A DNA stretch of 64,000 bases, from positions 746-64,745 of the forward strand of contig JAFEEA010000001.1 in the NCBI GenBank assembly GCA_018241335.1, in the 5' to 3' direction. The first letter of the stretch is position 1, and every line of letters starts with the position of its first letter. The notes beneath the pieces are model-generated. The model did no database searches and was not told where the DNA came from. It saw nothing but the letters and a program-made list of their open reading frames with translations. The position numbers and the translations under genes are program-made. Source of the DNA: Pseudomonadota bacterium. GTDB lineage: Bacteria; Pseudomonadota; Alphaproteobacteria; Caulobacterales; Caulobacteraceae. Positions 9,461-21,107 of this stretch are shown in pieces.

Positions 9461-10746
9461 AGCCACACGCGACGCCTTCGATTCCCGCAGGCGCGGACTG
9501 GGACGCGCGCCTGCAAAGGGCCATACCTGCCCCGCTGATCGTGGCCGTCTCCGGCGGCGGCGACTCCCTGGCGCTGCTGCTGATGGCGAACGCCTGGGCG
9601 GCGCGCGCCGGCCGGCGGCTGATCGCGGCGAGCGTCGACCATGGCCTGCAGGCCGCCGGCGCCGACTGGGCCGCCTGGTGCGCCCGCCGCGCCGCCGCGC
9701 TGGGGATCGAGCATCGCACCCTGGTCTGGGCCGGCGACAAGCCCAGCGCCGGTCTGCCCGCCGCCGCCCGGGCCGCGCGCCACGCCCTGCTGGCCGATCT
9801 CGCCCGCGGCGAGGGCGCCGGGGTGATCCTCATGGGCCACACCGCCGACGACGTGGTTGAGGCCGCCGCCATGCGCGCGGCCGGCGCCACCACGCCGGAT
9901 CCCCGGTCTTGGTCGCCTTCGCCAGCCTGGCCGCAGGGGCGGGGCGTTTTCCTGTTCCGGCCTCTGCTGGGCGCGCGCCGCGCGGCCCTGCGTGACTGGC
10001 TCGTCCAAAGGGGCGAGACCTGGATCGAAGACCCCGCCAACGCCGACCCCCGCTTCGCCCGCGCGCGCGCCAGGGCCGCGCTGGCGGCAAGCCCACCGGT
10101 CGGCCAACCCGACGCGAACACGCAGGCGTGCGCCGCAGTCTCCGCGCTGGCGACGCCGGACGGGACGCTTGTCCTGGCGCGCGACGCCTTGACCGGCGCC
10201 GTCCGTCGCGGCGCCGTCAGCCTCGCAACGGCCGCGGTTTGCGCCGGCGGAGGCGTCCGCGCGCCCCGGCGGGACAGGGCGGAACGGCTGATTGAGCGCC
10301 TGGCCACGGGCGAAACCTTTACGGTCAGCCTCGCCGGGGCGCGGATCGACGCTCGGAATGACCGCATCGTGATCACCCGTGAGACGGGCGAATACCGGCG
10401 CGCAGGCGCCGCCGCCCAGCCCTTGCCGGTGGGCGAAGCCGTCGTCTGGGACGGCCGCTTCGCCTTGACCGCGCATCGGTCCGGTTTGACGGCTAGGCCG
10501 CTGGCCGGGCTGATGGCGAGGCTCGATCCCCTTGAATCCAAAGCCTTGGCGAGCTTGCCCGCGGCGGCGCGCGGGGCGCTGCCGGCCGTGATGGACAAGG
10601 CCGGCGCGGTGACTTGCCCGATCCTTGCACAGGGCCCCCATGTCAGGTGGGAAAGCCTGGTCGAGGCGCGGTTTCTCGCCGCATCGGGCGCCGTGCGGGA
10701 CGAGGAGACGTTGTGGCGCGTGGCGAAAGCGGCCAGGACGTCCTAA
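9451..10746 (+). CDS. tilS: tRNA(Ile)-lysidine synthase TilS
   Basis: PP-loop VAVSGGGDS, VDHGL, GHTADD, RPLL, WIEDPANAD. Probable GTG start 9451; the part of track ORF 8287 upstream of it is a shadow frame. Confidence 0.9.
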   Translation: MLLKPHATPSIPAGADWDARLQRAIPAPLIVAVSGGGDSLALLLMANAWAARAGRRLIAASVDHGLQAAGADWAAWCARRAAALGIEHRTLVWAGDKPSAGLPAAARAARHALLADLARGEGAGVILMGHTADDVVEAAAMRAAGATTPDPRSWSPSPAWPQGRGVFLFRPLLGARRAALRDWLVQRGETWIEDPANADPRFARARARAALAASPPVGQPDANTQACAAVSALATPDGTLVLARDALTGAVRRGAVSLATAAVCAGGGVRAPRRDRAERLIERLATGETFTVSLAGARIDARNDRIVITRETGEYRRAGAAAQPLPVGEAVVWDGRFALTAHRSGLTARPLAGLMARLDPLESKALASLPAAARGALPAVMDKAGAVTCPILAQGPHVRWESLVEARFLAASGAVRDEETLWRVAKAARTS

Positions 10747-10779
10747 ATTGACGGCAGTGGGCGCTATGAGGCGAGTTTC

Positions 10780-12669
<1,890 letters not shown>

Positions 12670-12675
12670 GGCCTA

Positions 12676-12814
12676 TCCCTCCCCCTCGTGGGGAGGGACG
12701 ACCGCGTAGCGGTCGGGGTGGGGAAGTGCGATGAGGATCCGCGATGCGGACGGCCCCTGACTCCCCCACCCCGCGAGGCTCCGCCTCGCTGCCCCTCCCC
12801 GTGAAGCGGAGGGA
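12676..12814. repeat. Composite palindromic intergenic element (CIR/RIME-like), family A
   Basis: Left arm TCCCTCCCC-CTCGT-GGGGAGGGAC...GGGTGGGGAAG (12676-12726) and an inverted right arm (12761-12814); GANTC at 12759-12763; closely resembles the 36679-36830 element. Confidence 0.75.
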
Positions 12815-13619
12815 CGGACGTCCCCTCGTCATGGGCATCGTCAATGTCACGCCGGACAGCTTCTCCGACGGTGGGCGCGGACCGGACGCCGCGATCGCCC
12901 ACGCACGGCGGCTGATCGCCGAGGGGGCCGATATCCTGGACGTCGGCGGCGAGTCCACCCGGCCCGGCGCCGAGCCCGTGCCCGAGGCCGAGGAGATCGC
13001 CCGCGTCCTGCCGGTGATCGAGGCCATCGCGGCCGAGGGCGGCGCCCGCCTGTCCATCGACACCATGAAGCCGGCCGTCGCCCGCGCCGCCGTCGCCGCC
13101 GGGGCGACGATGTGGAATGACGTCGCCGCCCTGGGTTTCTCGCCGGACAGCCCGGCCCTCGCCGCCGAGCTCGGCTGCGAGGTGGTGCTGATGCACATGC
13201 GCGGCACGCCGCGAACCATGATAGCCGAGGCCCGCTACGGCGATCTCCTGGCCGAGGTGGAGGCAGAGTTGCTGGCACGCGTCGAGGCTGCGCTGGCGGC
13301 GGGGGTGGCGCGCGAGCGGATCTGGCTCGACCCCGGCCTCGGCTTCGCCAAGACGGCCGACCAGAGCCTGGAGCAACTGCGCCAACTGGACCGTTTCGTG
13401 GGGCTGGGCTTTCCCGTCCTGCTGGGCGCCAGCCGCAAGAGCTTCTTCAAGGCCGTCGACCCCGCCGCGGTGACGGCTGACGATCGCCTGGGAGCCTCTA
13501 TCGCCGCGGCGCTGCTCGGCGCCCAGGCCGGAGTCGCGGCCGTGCGAGTCCATGACGTGCGCGAGACAGTCCAGGCCTTGAACGTCTGGGCGGCGGCGAC
13601 GCGAAGAAGAGAAGGCTGA
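12744..13619 (+). CDS. folP: Dihydropteroate synthase FolP
   Basis: [48 protein letters not shown] precedes ATG 12744; alternative starts at 12801 and 12831. Confidence 0.95.
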   Translation: MRTAPDSPTPRGSASLPLPVKRRDGRPLVMGIVNVTPDSFSDGGRGPDAAIAHARRLIAEGADILDVGGESTRPGAEPVPEAEEIARVLPVIEAIAAEGGARLSIDTMKPAVARAAVAAGATMWNDVAALGFSPDSPALAAELGCEVVLMHMRGTPRTMIAEARYGDLLAEVEAELLARVEAALAAGVARERIWLDPGLGFAKTADQSLEQLRQLDRFVGLGFPVLLGASRKSFFKAVDPAAVTADDRLGASIAAALLGAQAGVAAVRVHDVRETVQALNVWAAATRRREG

Positions 13620-13715
13620 CCACGAACCACACGAACCACACGAACATGGCGGTGGACCGGGCGGTGGCTTCGAAACTCTGATCGCTGAGTTCGCGTCGTT
13701 CGTGTGGTTCGTGGT
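13619..13715. repeat. 97-bp MITE-like element with inverted ends built of three 9-mers, family B
   Basis: ACCACGAAC-CACACGAAC-CACACGAAC (13619-13645) mirrored by GTTCGCGTC-GTTCGTGTG-GTTCGTGGT (13689-13715). Confidence 0.75.
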
Positions 13716-13809
13716 TTCCCCATCTTCCTTCCTAAGGAGCTGCCCGCTCTTCGCTGGGAATTCGCGTCCGGCGGTTTGCATGACGGGACCGTCGCGATAA
13801 GCCGGATGG

Positions 13810-14634
13810 ATGAGCACCCCTCCCATGGCCCAGGCCCTCGGCCGCGTCCTGATCATCGCCGGGTCCGACAGCGGGGGCGGGGCGGGGATCCAGGCGGATA
13901 TCAAGGCGGTGACGGCCCTGGGGGGCTTTGCGGCCACGGCGATCACCGCGATCACGGCGCAGAACACCCTGGGCGTCCATGGCGTCTGGCCGCTGCCGCT
14001 CGAGGCGATCGAGGCCCAGGCGCGCGCGGTGCTGGACGACATCGGCGCCGACGCGATCAAGACCGGCATGCTGGGCGACGGCGCGACGGTGCGGCTGGTG
14101 GCGCGGCTGCTGGATGACGCCGCGGGCGTTCCCGCCGTGGTCGACCCGGTGATGGTCGCCAAGGGCGGCGCCAGCCTGCTGGCGACAGAAGCCGTGGCGG
14201 CGCTGACGGCGGAGCTGGTTCCGCGCGCGGCCCTGCTGACCCCCAATGCGCCCGAGGCCGAGGCCCTGACCGGCCTTGCGGTCGAGACCACCGACGACCT
14301 GCGCCGGGCCGGCGAGCGGCTGCTGACACAGGGCGCCAGGGCGGTGCTGATGAAGGGCGGGCACGTGGCGGGCGAATCGGTCATCGATGTGCTGATGACC
14401 CCCGCCGGCGAAACCACGTTCGAGGGCCCACGGCTCGACACCCGCCACACCCACGGCACCGGTTGCACACTGGCCAGCGCCTGCGCCGCCGGCCTGGCCC
14501 AGGGGTTGCCGCTGGAGCGCGCGGTGGCGCGGGCCTGGGGCTATGTGGCCGAGGCGATCCGCCGGGCGCCCGGCTTCGGCGCCGGCCACGGCCCGCTGGA
14601 CCATGCCTGGCCGATGCGCAAGGAAGGCGCATGA
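13810..14634 (+). CDS. thiD: Hydroxymethylpyrimidine/phosphomethylpyrimidine kinase ThiD
   Basis: [43 protein letters not shown]. Confidence 0.95.
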   Translation: MSTPPMAQALGRVLIIAGSDSGGGAGIQADIKAVTALGGFAATAITAITAQNTLGVHGVWPLPLEAIEAQARAVLDDIGADAIKTGMLGDGATVRLVARLLDDAAGVPAVVDPVMVAKGGASLLATEAVAALTAELVPRAALLTPNAPEAEALTGLAVETTDDLRRAGERLLTQGARAVLMKGGHVAGESVIDVLMTPAGETTFEGPRLDTRHTHGTGCTLASACAAGLAQGLPLERAVARAWGYVAEAIRRAPGFGAGHGPLDHAWPMRKEGA

Positions 14635-15203
14635 ACGACCTTGAAGCGCGACTGGACGCCATACTGAGGGCGACTCCCGGGCTGATGCACGTGATGCGCA
14701 CGGCCCGAGACCTCGACCTGCCGGACTGGCTGATCTTCTCCGGCGCGATCTACCAGCCGGTGTGGAACCACCTGACCGGCCGCGACCCGGCCTACGGGAT
14801 CAAGGACTACGACCTGGCCTACCATGACGCCTCCGACCTCAGCTACGAGGCCGAGGACGTGGTCATCAAGCGCGTCGCCGCCGCCTTCGAGGCGCCCTTC
14901 GACGCCCTGGTGGAGGTGCGAAACCAGGCCCGTGTGCACCTCTGGTTCGAGCCCAAGTACGGTGAAGCCTATCCCGCCCTGACCTGCAGCGCCGAGGCCA
15001 TCGCCCGCTTCACCTCGCCCGCCTTCGCGGTGGGCGTACGGCTGGAGGCCGACGACACCATCACGGTGATCGCTCCCTTTGGCCTGGAGGACCTCTTCGC
15101 CATGCGCATCCGCCACAACCCGGCGCGGCGCACTCCCGGCCTCGCCCGCACCGCCGCCAACGCCGTCGGCCGCTGGCCGGAACTGACGGTGGAGCTGGAC
15201 TAG
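14631..15203 (+). CDS. Nucleotidyltransferase family protein (DUF925-like)
   Basis: SGAIYQPVW, IKDYDLAY, VRNQARVHLW, APFGLEDLF; ATGA overlap with thiD. Confidence 0.8.
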   Translation: MNDLEARLDAILRATPGLMHVMRTARDLDLPDWLIFSGAIYQPVWNHLTGRDPAYGIKDYDLAYHDASDLSYEAEDVVIKRVAAAFEAPFDALVEVRNQARVHLWFEPKYGEAYPALTCSAEAIARFTSPAFAVGVRLEADDTITVIAPFGLEDLFAMRIRHNPARRTPGLARTAANAVGRWPELTVELD

Positions 15204-15649
15204 GCGATCCGGTAGACGTCCGGGCGCCAGACCTCCATCCACTTCTCCACCCCGGCCAGGGGCTCGAAATCGTATTGCGCATAGAGGCCGTGGGCGTCGC
15301 GGGTGGCGAGCATCAGGCGGCGGAAGCCCTGCAGGTCTGGATGGCCGCGGATGTAGGCCATCAGCGCCTTGCCGAGACCGGCGGCCCGGTGGGTCCGGTC
15401 CACGAATACGTCGCAGACAAGGCCGAAGGTGGCGCGGTCAGTGACCACGCGCGCCATCGCCGCCATGTCGCCGGCGCCGTCGAAGACGCCGATGGCCAGG
15501 CTGCCGCGCACGGCCTTCGCGAACGTCTCCAGCGGGATCCCGGGCGCCCAGTAGCTTTCCTGGCAGATCCAGGCGTGGCCGCGGGCGATGTCGAATTGGG
15601 CTGGATCGTCGCTGATGCGATAGCCGGCGGCATGGGCTTCGTGCGCCAT
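15200..15649 (-). CDS. GNAT family N-acetyltransferase
   Basis: ESYWAPG, ARVVTDRATF, DVFVDRTHRAAGLGK, LATRDAHGLYAQYDF; convergent stops overlap at CTAG. Confidence 0.88.
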   Translation of the reverse strand: MAHEAHAAGYRISDDPAQFDIARGHAWICQESYWAPGIPLETFAKAVRGSLAIGVFDGAGDMAAMARVVTDRATFGLVCDVFVDRTHRAAGLGKALMAYIRGHPDLQGFRRLMLATRDAHGLYAQYDFEPLAGVEKWMEVWRPDVYRIA

Positions 15650-15660
15650 GGGGGGTCTCC

Positions 15661-17046
15661 TCAGACGATGGGTAGGGTGGGGCGGGCGGCGGGATCAAGG
15701 GCGGCGCGGACGATCGCCAGGCCCCTGCCCAGCGCTTCCTCGTCGGCGGCGGCGCCCAGGCACAGGCGAAGGCCGCTGACCGGCACGCCGTCGAGGAACG
15801 GCGACCGGGGCGGGGTCAGCTCGACGCCGCCCCGCAAGGCCTGGCCGGCCACCCGCTCCGCGTCGAGCTCGGAAAGCGGCAGCCAGATGTGCGAGGCGAT
15901 GGGCCGGGCGACCGGTTCCACGACGCCGTCCAGGGCCGCGCGCGCCATGTCGGTTCGTCGCCTGAGTTCGGCGTTGACGGCGCCGGCGATCTCGAACGCC
16001 TCGCCGCGCTCGATCCAGTCGGTGGCGATCAGGGCCCCGAAGGTGGGCGAGCCGAAGGCGATGGCCCTGAGCGCGTCCTGGCAACGCTCGAACCAGGTCG
16101 GCGGCGGCGCCAGGTAGCCGACCCGCAGTCCGGGCGCGAGCGCCTTGGAGAGGCTGGTCACATAGAAGGTCCGCTCGGGCGCCAGCACCGCCAGTGGCGG
16201 CAGGCCGAGGCCCGTGGCCTGGGCGGCGAAGAGGTCGTCCTCCACCAGCAGCAGGTCCAGCTTGCTGGCGGCCTCGACGATCTGGCGGCGCCTTTCCGCG
16301 CCCATCAGGCGCGAGGTGGGGTTTTGCAGCGGCAGCACATAGGCGATCCGCGCGCCGCTCTCTCGCGCGGCGCGGGTCAGGCCCTCCGGCGTCATGCCCT
16401 CGGCGTCCATCTCGGCGGGGACGCAACTTAGGCCCGCCTGGTCGGCCAGCATCCGCGCCCCGTGGAAAGTCGCGCCTTCGGTGACCATGGCGTCGCCGGG
16501 CCGAGAGGCCGCCAGGATGGCGGTGGCGATGGCCTGCTGGGCGCCGGCGGTGCAGATCAGCCGCCCGGGGTCGATGGCGGGCCAGTTGGCCATGCGCGTC
16601 AACCAGAGCGCACCGGCCCGGCGGGCGGCCTGTGAGCCCGCGGGTGGCGGATAGGCCAGGGTGTCGGCCACATCCGCCCGCCGGGCCAGCCTGGGCAGGG
16701 TCCGCGCCAGCGCCGCCTCGGCCGGGCCTGGCGGCGGCACGTTGCGGGCAAGGTCGATAGCGCCGTCGGTCGCCCGCGTCGCGCCCCCCCGCCCGCCGCC
16801 CTCGGCGACATAGCTGCCGGCCCCGACCCGGGCGGTGATCAGGCCGCGCGACTCCGCTTCGGCATAGGCGCGAGTGATGGTGCCGACCCCGACGCCCATC
16901 TCCTCCGCCAACTGCCGATGGGTCGGCAGGCGGGTTCCGGCCGGCAGGTCGCCGGCGACGATGTCGGCCTCCAGGGCGGCGACCAGGCGCACATAGACGG
17001 GCGCCTCGCCGTCGATCAGCCGGGGGCGCCAGGATGCGGTCGTCAT
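15661..17046 (-). CDS. MocR-family PLP-dependent GntR regulator
   Basis: N-terminal wHTH (RLPTHRQLA...TITRAY) plus aminotransferase domain with EDD and the PLP lysine in TSLSKALAPGLRVGY. Confidence 0.92.
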   Translation of the reverse strand: MTTASWRPRLIDGEAPVYVRLVAALEADIVAGDLPAGTRLPTHRQLAEEMGVGVGTITRAYAEAESRGLITARVGAGSYVAEGGGRGGATRATDGAIDLARNVPPPGPAEAALARTLPRLARRADVADTLAYPPPAGSQAARRAGALWLTRMANWPAIDPGRLICTAGAQQAIATAILAASRPGDAMVTEGATFHGARMLADQAGLSCVPAEMDAEGMTPEGLTRAARESGARIAYVLPLQNPTSRLMGAERRRQIVEAASKLDLLLVEDDLFAAQATGLGLPPLAVLAPERTFYVTSLSKALAPGLRVGYLAPPPTWFERCQDALRAIAFGSPTFGALIATDWIERGEAFEIAGAVNAELRRRTDMARAALDGVVEPVARPIASHIWLPLSELDAERVAGQALRGGVELTPPRSPFLDGVPVSGLRLCLGAAADEEALGRGLAIVRAALDPAARPTLPIV

Positions 17047-17058
17047 GTTGGCTCCAAG

Positions 17059-17108
17059 ATTGTCACTATGACAATAAAGGGTTTGACTTGTAGTTCAATC
17101 GGGACAAT
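17059..17108. promoter_or_regulatory. Putative MocR operator (inverted repeat plus direct repeat)
   Basis: ATTGTCA-CTA-TGACAAT at 17059-17075 plus a third GACAAT at 17103-17108, in the AT-rich divergent intergenic region. Confidence 0.65.
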
Positions 17109-17145
17109 TGAGCCGATCGTTCCGCCGAGGCAAGGAGAATCTGCG

Positions 17146-17763
17146 GTGATCGCCAACGCCCCCGAAATCATCGCCAGGCCGCTGGAGGCGGCCGGCGTGC
17201 GGCTCGAGCCCCTGGCGCTGGAGCATCGCGAGGGCCTGGCCCGCGCCGCCGACGACACGGCCATCTGGGATCACATGCCGATGCCGGGCCACGGCGAGCA
17301 CTTCAGCGCCTGGTTCGGCCTCTCCCTGGCGATCGCCGGCTCGGGCAAGGAGGCGGTGTGGGCGGTGCGCACCCTGGCCGACGACCGACTGGTGGGATCA
17401 ACCCGCTTCCTCGCCATCGAGCCGGCTCATCGGCGGGTCGAGGTCGGCCACACCTGGTACGCGCCCGACGTCTGGGCGAGCGTCGTCAATCCGGCCTGCA
17501 AGTTCATGCTGTTCCGCTACGGCTTCGAAGACCTGGGCCTTAACCGGATCGAGCTGAAGACCGACAATCGCAACACCCGTTCCCAGGCCGCCATCGCCAA
17601 GCTGGGCGCCCAGCGCGAGGGCGTCTTCCGCGCCCACATGATCCGGCGCGACGGCACGCTGCGGGACTCTGTCTATTTCTCGGTGGTCCGATCGGACTGG
17701 CCGGCGGTGCGCCAACGCCTGGCGTCTCGGCTGGGGCTCGCCCTCCGGCCCCTCTCGGAGTGA
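17146..17763 (+). CDS. GNAT (RimJ/RimL-type) acetyltransferase
   Basis: [37 protein letters not shown]; GTG start after AAGGAG. Confidence 0.88.
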   Translation: MIANAPEIIARPLEAAGVRLEPLALEHREGLARAADDTAIWDHMPMPGHGEHFSAWFGLSLAIAGSGKEAVWAVRTLADDRLVGSTRFLAIEPAHRRVEVGHTWYAPDVWASVVNPACKFMLFRYGFEDLGLNRIELKTDNRNTRSQAAIAKLGAQREGVFRAHMIRRDGTLRDSVYFSVVRSDWPAVRQRLASRLGLALRPLSE

Positions 17764-18584
17764 TCCCCATGCGCCAATGGACCGTGGACGCCTTCGCCGC
17801 CGCCCCGTTCAAGGGCAACCAGGCCTGCGTGGTCGAGCCCCTGGACGCCTGGCCGGACGCCGCCTGGATGCAGGCCCTGGCGGCCGAGAACAACCAGGCC
17901 GAGACCGCCTTCCTGCTCAAGACCGGCCAGCCGAACGTCTTCGGCCTGCGCTGGTTCACCCCGGCCGTGGAGGTGCCGCTCTGCGGCCACGCCACCCTGG
18001 CCAGCGCGCACGTGCTGTTCAGCGAACTGGGGCTGGCCGCCGCTCAGGTGACCTTCGAGACCCTGCAGTCCGGCGCCCTGATCGTGACGCGCGCCGGCGA
18101 AGGCTACGAGATGGACTTTCCGGCCAATCCGCCGCGCCGGATCGACGCCCCTGCCGGCCTCGCGGCCGCCCTCGGCGCGGAGCCGCTGGAGGTCTGGGCC
18201 GGCCAGTACCTGGTCGCCGTGCTGAAGGACGAGGCGACGGTGCGCGCGCTCGACCCCGACCTGGCGGCGGTGAAAGTGATCTCCAGCGATTCCACGGGCG
18301 GGCGCGGCAACATCGGCGTGTCGGCCCAGGCCGATCCCGGCCGGCCCTACGAGGTGGTCAGCCGGTTCTTCGCCCCCGGCTCGGGCATTCCCGAGGACCC
18401 GGCCACGGGTTCGTACCACTGCATGGCCTCGCCGCTCTTCGCGGACAAGCTGGGCCGGCCCAGCTTGCGCTTCCACCAGGCCTATCCCGGCCGGGGCGCC
18501 GAGCTGGAGTGCGTCCACGCCGGCGACCGCGTCCTGCTGCGCGGCCAGGCGGTGACGGTGGTCGAGGGGCGACTGCGGGTCTGA
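17760..18584 (+). CDS. PhzF family isomerase/epimerase
   Basis: [36 protein letters not shown]. Confidence 0.9.
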   Translation: MIPMRQWTVDAFAAAPFKGNQACVVEPLDAWPDAAWMQALAAENNQAETAFLLKTGQPNVFGLRWFTPAVEVPLCGHATLASAHVLFSELGLAAAQVTFETLQSGALIVTRAGEGYEMDFPANPPRRIDAPAGLAAALGAEPLEVWAGQYLVAVLKDEATVRALDPDLAAVKVISSDSTGGRGNIGVSAQADPGRPYEVVSRFFAPGSGIPEDPATGSYHCMASPLFADKLGRPSLRFHQAYPGRGAELECVHAGDRVLLRGQAVTVVEGRLRV

Positions 18585-18610
18585 CAGGAGAAGCGCCTCG
18601 GCCTCCTAGA

Positions 18611-18634
18611 CCTCTCCCCCAGAGGGGGCGAGGG
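18611..18634. repeat. Single-arm remnant of family A palindrome between convergent genes
   Basis: CCTCTCCCCC-AGA-GGGGGCGAGGG hairpin. Confidence 0.45.
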
Positions 18635-18656
18635 CTTTCAGAAGCAGACGCCGCCC

Positions 18657-20516
18657 TCAGGCCGCCTTGGCGTGGCTCTCGCCGGCCAGCGCGCGGTTGA
18701 GCGCGTCGTAGAGCTTGGCGATCTCGATGGGCTTGGAGACGTGGCCATCCATGCCGGCGGCCAGGTATTCCTCGATCTGGTGCACCATGGCGTTGGCGGT
18801 GAGGGCCAGGATCGGCGTGCGTGGCCGGCCCTCGGCCGCCTCGGCGGCGCGGATGGCCTTGGCGGCGGCGATGCCGTCCATGATCGGCATCTGAATGTCC
18901 ATAAGGATCAGGTCATAGGCGTCCGAGCGCCAGGCCTCAACAGCGGCGCGCCCGTCCGCGACGATGTCGAGCTGCACGTCCATGGGCTCGACGATGGCCT
19001 GCAGGACCTTCTGGTTGACCGGATTGTCCTCGGCCGCCAGCAGGCGGACGGCGCGGCCCTCGATCTCCTCGGCCGGGGCCGACGCCTCGACGGCGGCCGC
19101 GCCGCTGCCGTGAACCAGAGGCAGCTCGGCGTAGAAGGTGGAGCCCTTGCCTTCCTCGCTGACCACGCTGATCGAACCGCCCATCAGTTGGGCCAACTCG
19201 CGGCAAATGGCCAGGCCCAGGCCCGTGCCGCCATAGCGGCGGGTGGTGGACGAGTCGGCCTGGGTGAACTTCTCGAACAGGGCGTTCATCTTGTCGGCGG
19301 GAATGCCGATGCCGGTGTCCCTGACCGACAGGCGGATCCCGCCGGCGTCGGCCGGTTCGAAGCGCGCGGTGACCTGGCCGGTCGAGGTGAACTTCAGGGC
19401 GTTGGAGACCAGGTTGGTGACGATCTGGCGCAGGCGATCGCCGTCGCCGCGCCACACGCCGGCGGCCTCGGGCGCGACGTCGACCTCGAACGTCAGGCCC
19501 TTGCCCACCGCCACCGCGGTGAAGGTGTCGCGCACCGACTGGGCCACGCGCTCAAGGTCGAAGTCGCTGACTTCCAGCTCCAGCTTTCCGGCCTCGATCT
19601 TGGAGAGGTCCAGCACGTCGTTGAGCACCGACAGCAACTGCTCGCCGGACTGGCGCACAACGGCCAGGCGCTCGCGCTGGGCGGGGGCCAGGTCACCGCG
19701 ATCCATGACCTCGGCCATGGCCAGGACGCCATTCAGAGGCGTCCGGATCTCGTGGCTCATGTTGGCCAGGAACTGCGACTTGGCGACATTGGCCGCGTCG
19801 GCGGCGTCGCGAGCCTCGACCAGGTCGGCCATCGTCTGGTGCAGTTCGCGATGGTTCTTGTCCAACTGGGCCAGCAGGCCGTTGAAGCTCTCGGTCAGGC
19901 GGTGGAAGACGTCGTCCTCGGTCTCCTCGGCCACGGGCTTGAATTCGCCGCTGGCGGCGACCTCGGCCATGGCGTTGGACAGGCGCTCCACGGGCGCGGC
20001 GACGCGCTTGGCCAGGCCCTGGGCCACGAAGAGGGCGATGCCGCTTGCGCCGAAGAAAAGGGCGCCGGTCAGGGCCAGGAACCGCGGCAACAGGGCGGCC
20101 AGCGACGGCTCGGCGGACTTCATCCGCAGTTCGCCGACCTTGGCGCCGGCCCAGACCACCGGCTCGGTGGTCATGGTTTCCTTGTGATCGCGAGTCTCGC
20201 GCGAGGGCGGAGGGGTGAAGACCGCCACCAGGCGACCACGAGGGTCGACCAGCCGCGCTTCGATCAGGCCCTTCTGCTCGCCGGCGGCTTCGAGGGTCTT
20301 CTCCGCGCCCCGCGCGTCGCCCGCCGCCAGGGCAGGGGCCGCCGCATTGGCGACCACCCGCGACAAAGTGGCGTAGGAGAGCTTCGATTCCTGGCGCGCT
20401 ACACTCCATTGTTGCAGCATGAAGCTGACGCAAGCCGCCACGAGCACGGCGACTGTCGTAACAATCGCGACGCTCGCGACACGCGCCTGGAATGGCGGGT
20501 GAGTAGCTTTGCGCAT
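18657..20516 (-). CDS. Membrane hybrid histidine kinase (periplasmic sensor-HAMP-HisKA-HATPase-REC)
   Basis: Two TM segments, [48 protein letters not shown] 20516 preferred. Confidence 0.92.
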   Translation of the reverse strand: MRKATHPPFQARVASVAIVTTVAVLVAACVSFMLQQWSVARQESKLSYATLSRVVANAAAPALAAGDARGAEKTLEAAGEQKGLIEARLVDPRGRLVAVFTPPPSRETRDHKETMTTEPVVWAGAKVGELRMKSAEPSLAALLPRFLALTGALFFGASGIALFVAQGLAKRVAAPVERLSNAMAEVAASGEFKPVAEETEDDVFHRLTESFNGLLAQLDKNHRELHQTMADLVEARDAADAANVAKSQFLANMSHEIRTPLNGVLAMAEVMDRGDLAPAQRERLAVVRQSGEQLLSVLNDVLDLSKIEAGKLELEVSDFDLERVAQSVRDTFTAVAVGKGLTFEVDVAPEAAGVWRGDGDRLRQIVTNLVSNALKFTSTGQVTARFEPADAGGIRLSVRDTGIGIPADKMNALFEKFTQADSSTTRRYGGTGLGLAICRELAQLMGGSISVVSEEGKGSTFYAELPLVHGSGAAAVEASAPAEEIEGRAVRLLAAEDNPVNQKVLQAIVEPMDVQLDIVADGRAAVEAWRSDAYDLILMDIQMPIMDGIAAAKAIRAAEAAEGRPRTPILALTANAMVHQIEEYLAAGMDGHVSKPIEIAKLYDALNRALAGESHAKAA

Positions 20517-20529
20517 CTGCAGCTCAATA

Positions 20530-20537
20530 TTAACCAT
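20530..20537 (+). promoter_or_regulatory. CtrA half-site-like TTAACCAT
   Basis: Exact TTAACCAT in the AT-rich divergent promoter region. Confidence 0.45.
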
Positions 20538-20637
20538 AAGGGGCCTGATAACCCCGTTCGGCGGCTTTAATACCTGCGCATTCCTAACGCTTCGCTTCAC
20601 AGGCGAGCCGACAATGACTCTTTTCCCTGGACACACC

Positions 20638-20653
20638 TTAAGGTTTCGTTTAC
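20638..20653 (+). promoter_or_regulatory. CtrA-like site TTAA-N7-TTTAC
   Basis: One mismatch from TTAA-N7-TTAAC; GANTC at 20616-20620. Confidence 0.45.
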
Positions 20654-20691
20654 CTTACAACTTCCCATAAGGGGTTATCGGAGGGTGTTCC

Positions 20692-21030
20692 GTGGAAAAA
20701 GTGTTTGTTGCTCAACGCGTTGCTACGAAGCTCTTCGCGACCGAGAATGCGGTCGATGCGGCCCTGGCCGAAGCCTCAGAACTGATGGCTGATATGCTGA
20801 AGGCGCGTAAGGACCTCGGTCTGGCCGCGACTTTCGGCGACAACGCCGCCGCCCGCGTGGTGGATGCGATCTCGGCGCTCAGCGCCGCCCGCACCGCCAT
20901 GGTGGCCGCGCACAATGAGCTGAATGAATCGAAGCTCCGCATCGGCGTGCGTACGAAGCTCGCCGGTTTCGAAGACAAGCCGGGCCTGACGCACGGCCAA
21001 GAGCGTGTGACCATGCGGGTCGCCAGCTAA
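20692..21030 (+). CDS. Hypothetical small helical protein (112 aa)
   Basis: GGAGGG RBS, GTG start, clean Ala/Leu-rich amphipathic sequence; no family recognised. Confidence 0.8.
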   Translation: MEKVFVAQRVATKLFATENAVDAALAEASELMADMLKARKDLGLAATFGDNAAARVVDAISALSAARTAMVAAHNELNESKLRIGVRTKLAGFEDKPGLTHGQERVTMRVAS

Positions 21031-21074
21031 TCAAATAATTCTTCGCAGCCTTGGTTGCGGAAGATTAACTTGTT

Positions 21075-21104
21075 TCACGCCTCTGATGACTGTCAGAGGC
21101 GTGA
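21075..21104 (+). promoter_or_regulatory. Perfect 12-bp hairpin covering the RBS of the downstream gene
   Basis: TCACGCCTCTGA-TGACTG-TCAGAGGCGTGA; the 3' arm contains GAGG, with ATG at 21108. Confidence 0.6.
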
Positions 21105-21107
21105 TTC

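Noticed and set aside
13619-13645. GAAC repeats as a LexA box or CRISPR repeats
   Set aside because: Spacing is N5, not N7; units are 9-mers with no spacers and no cas genes.
13716-13809. TPP riboswitch upstream of thiD
   Set aside because: No CTGAGA or ACCTGAT/GGGA core motifs visible.
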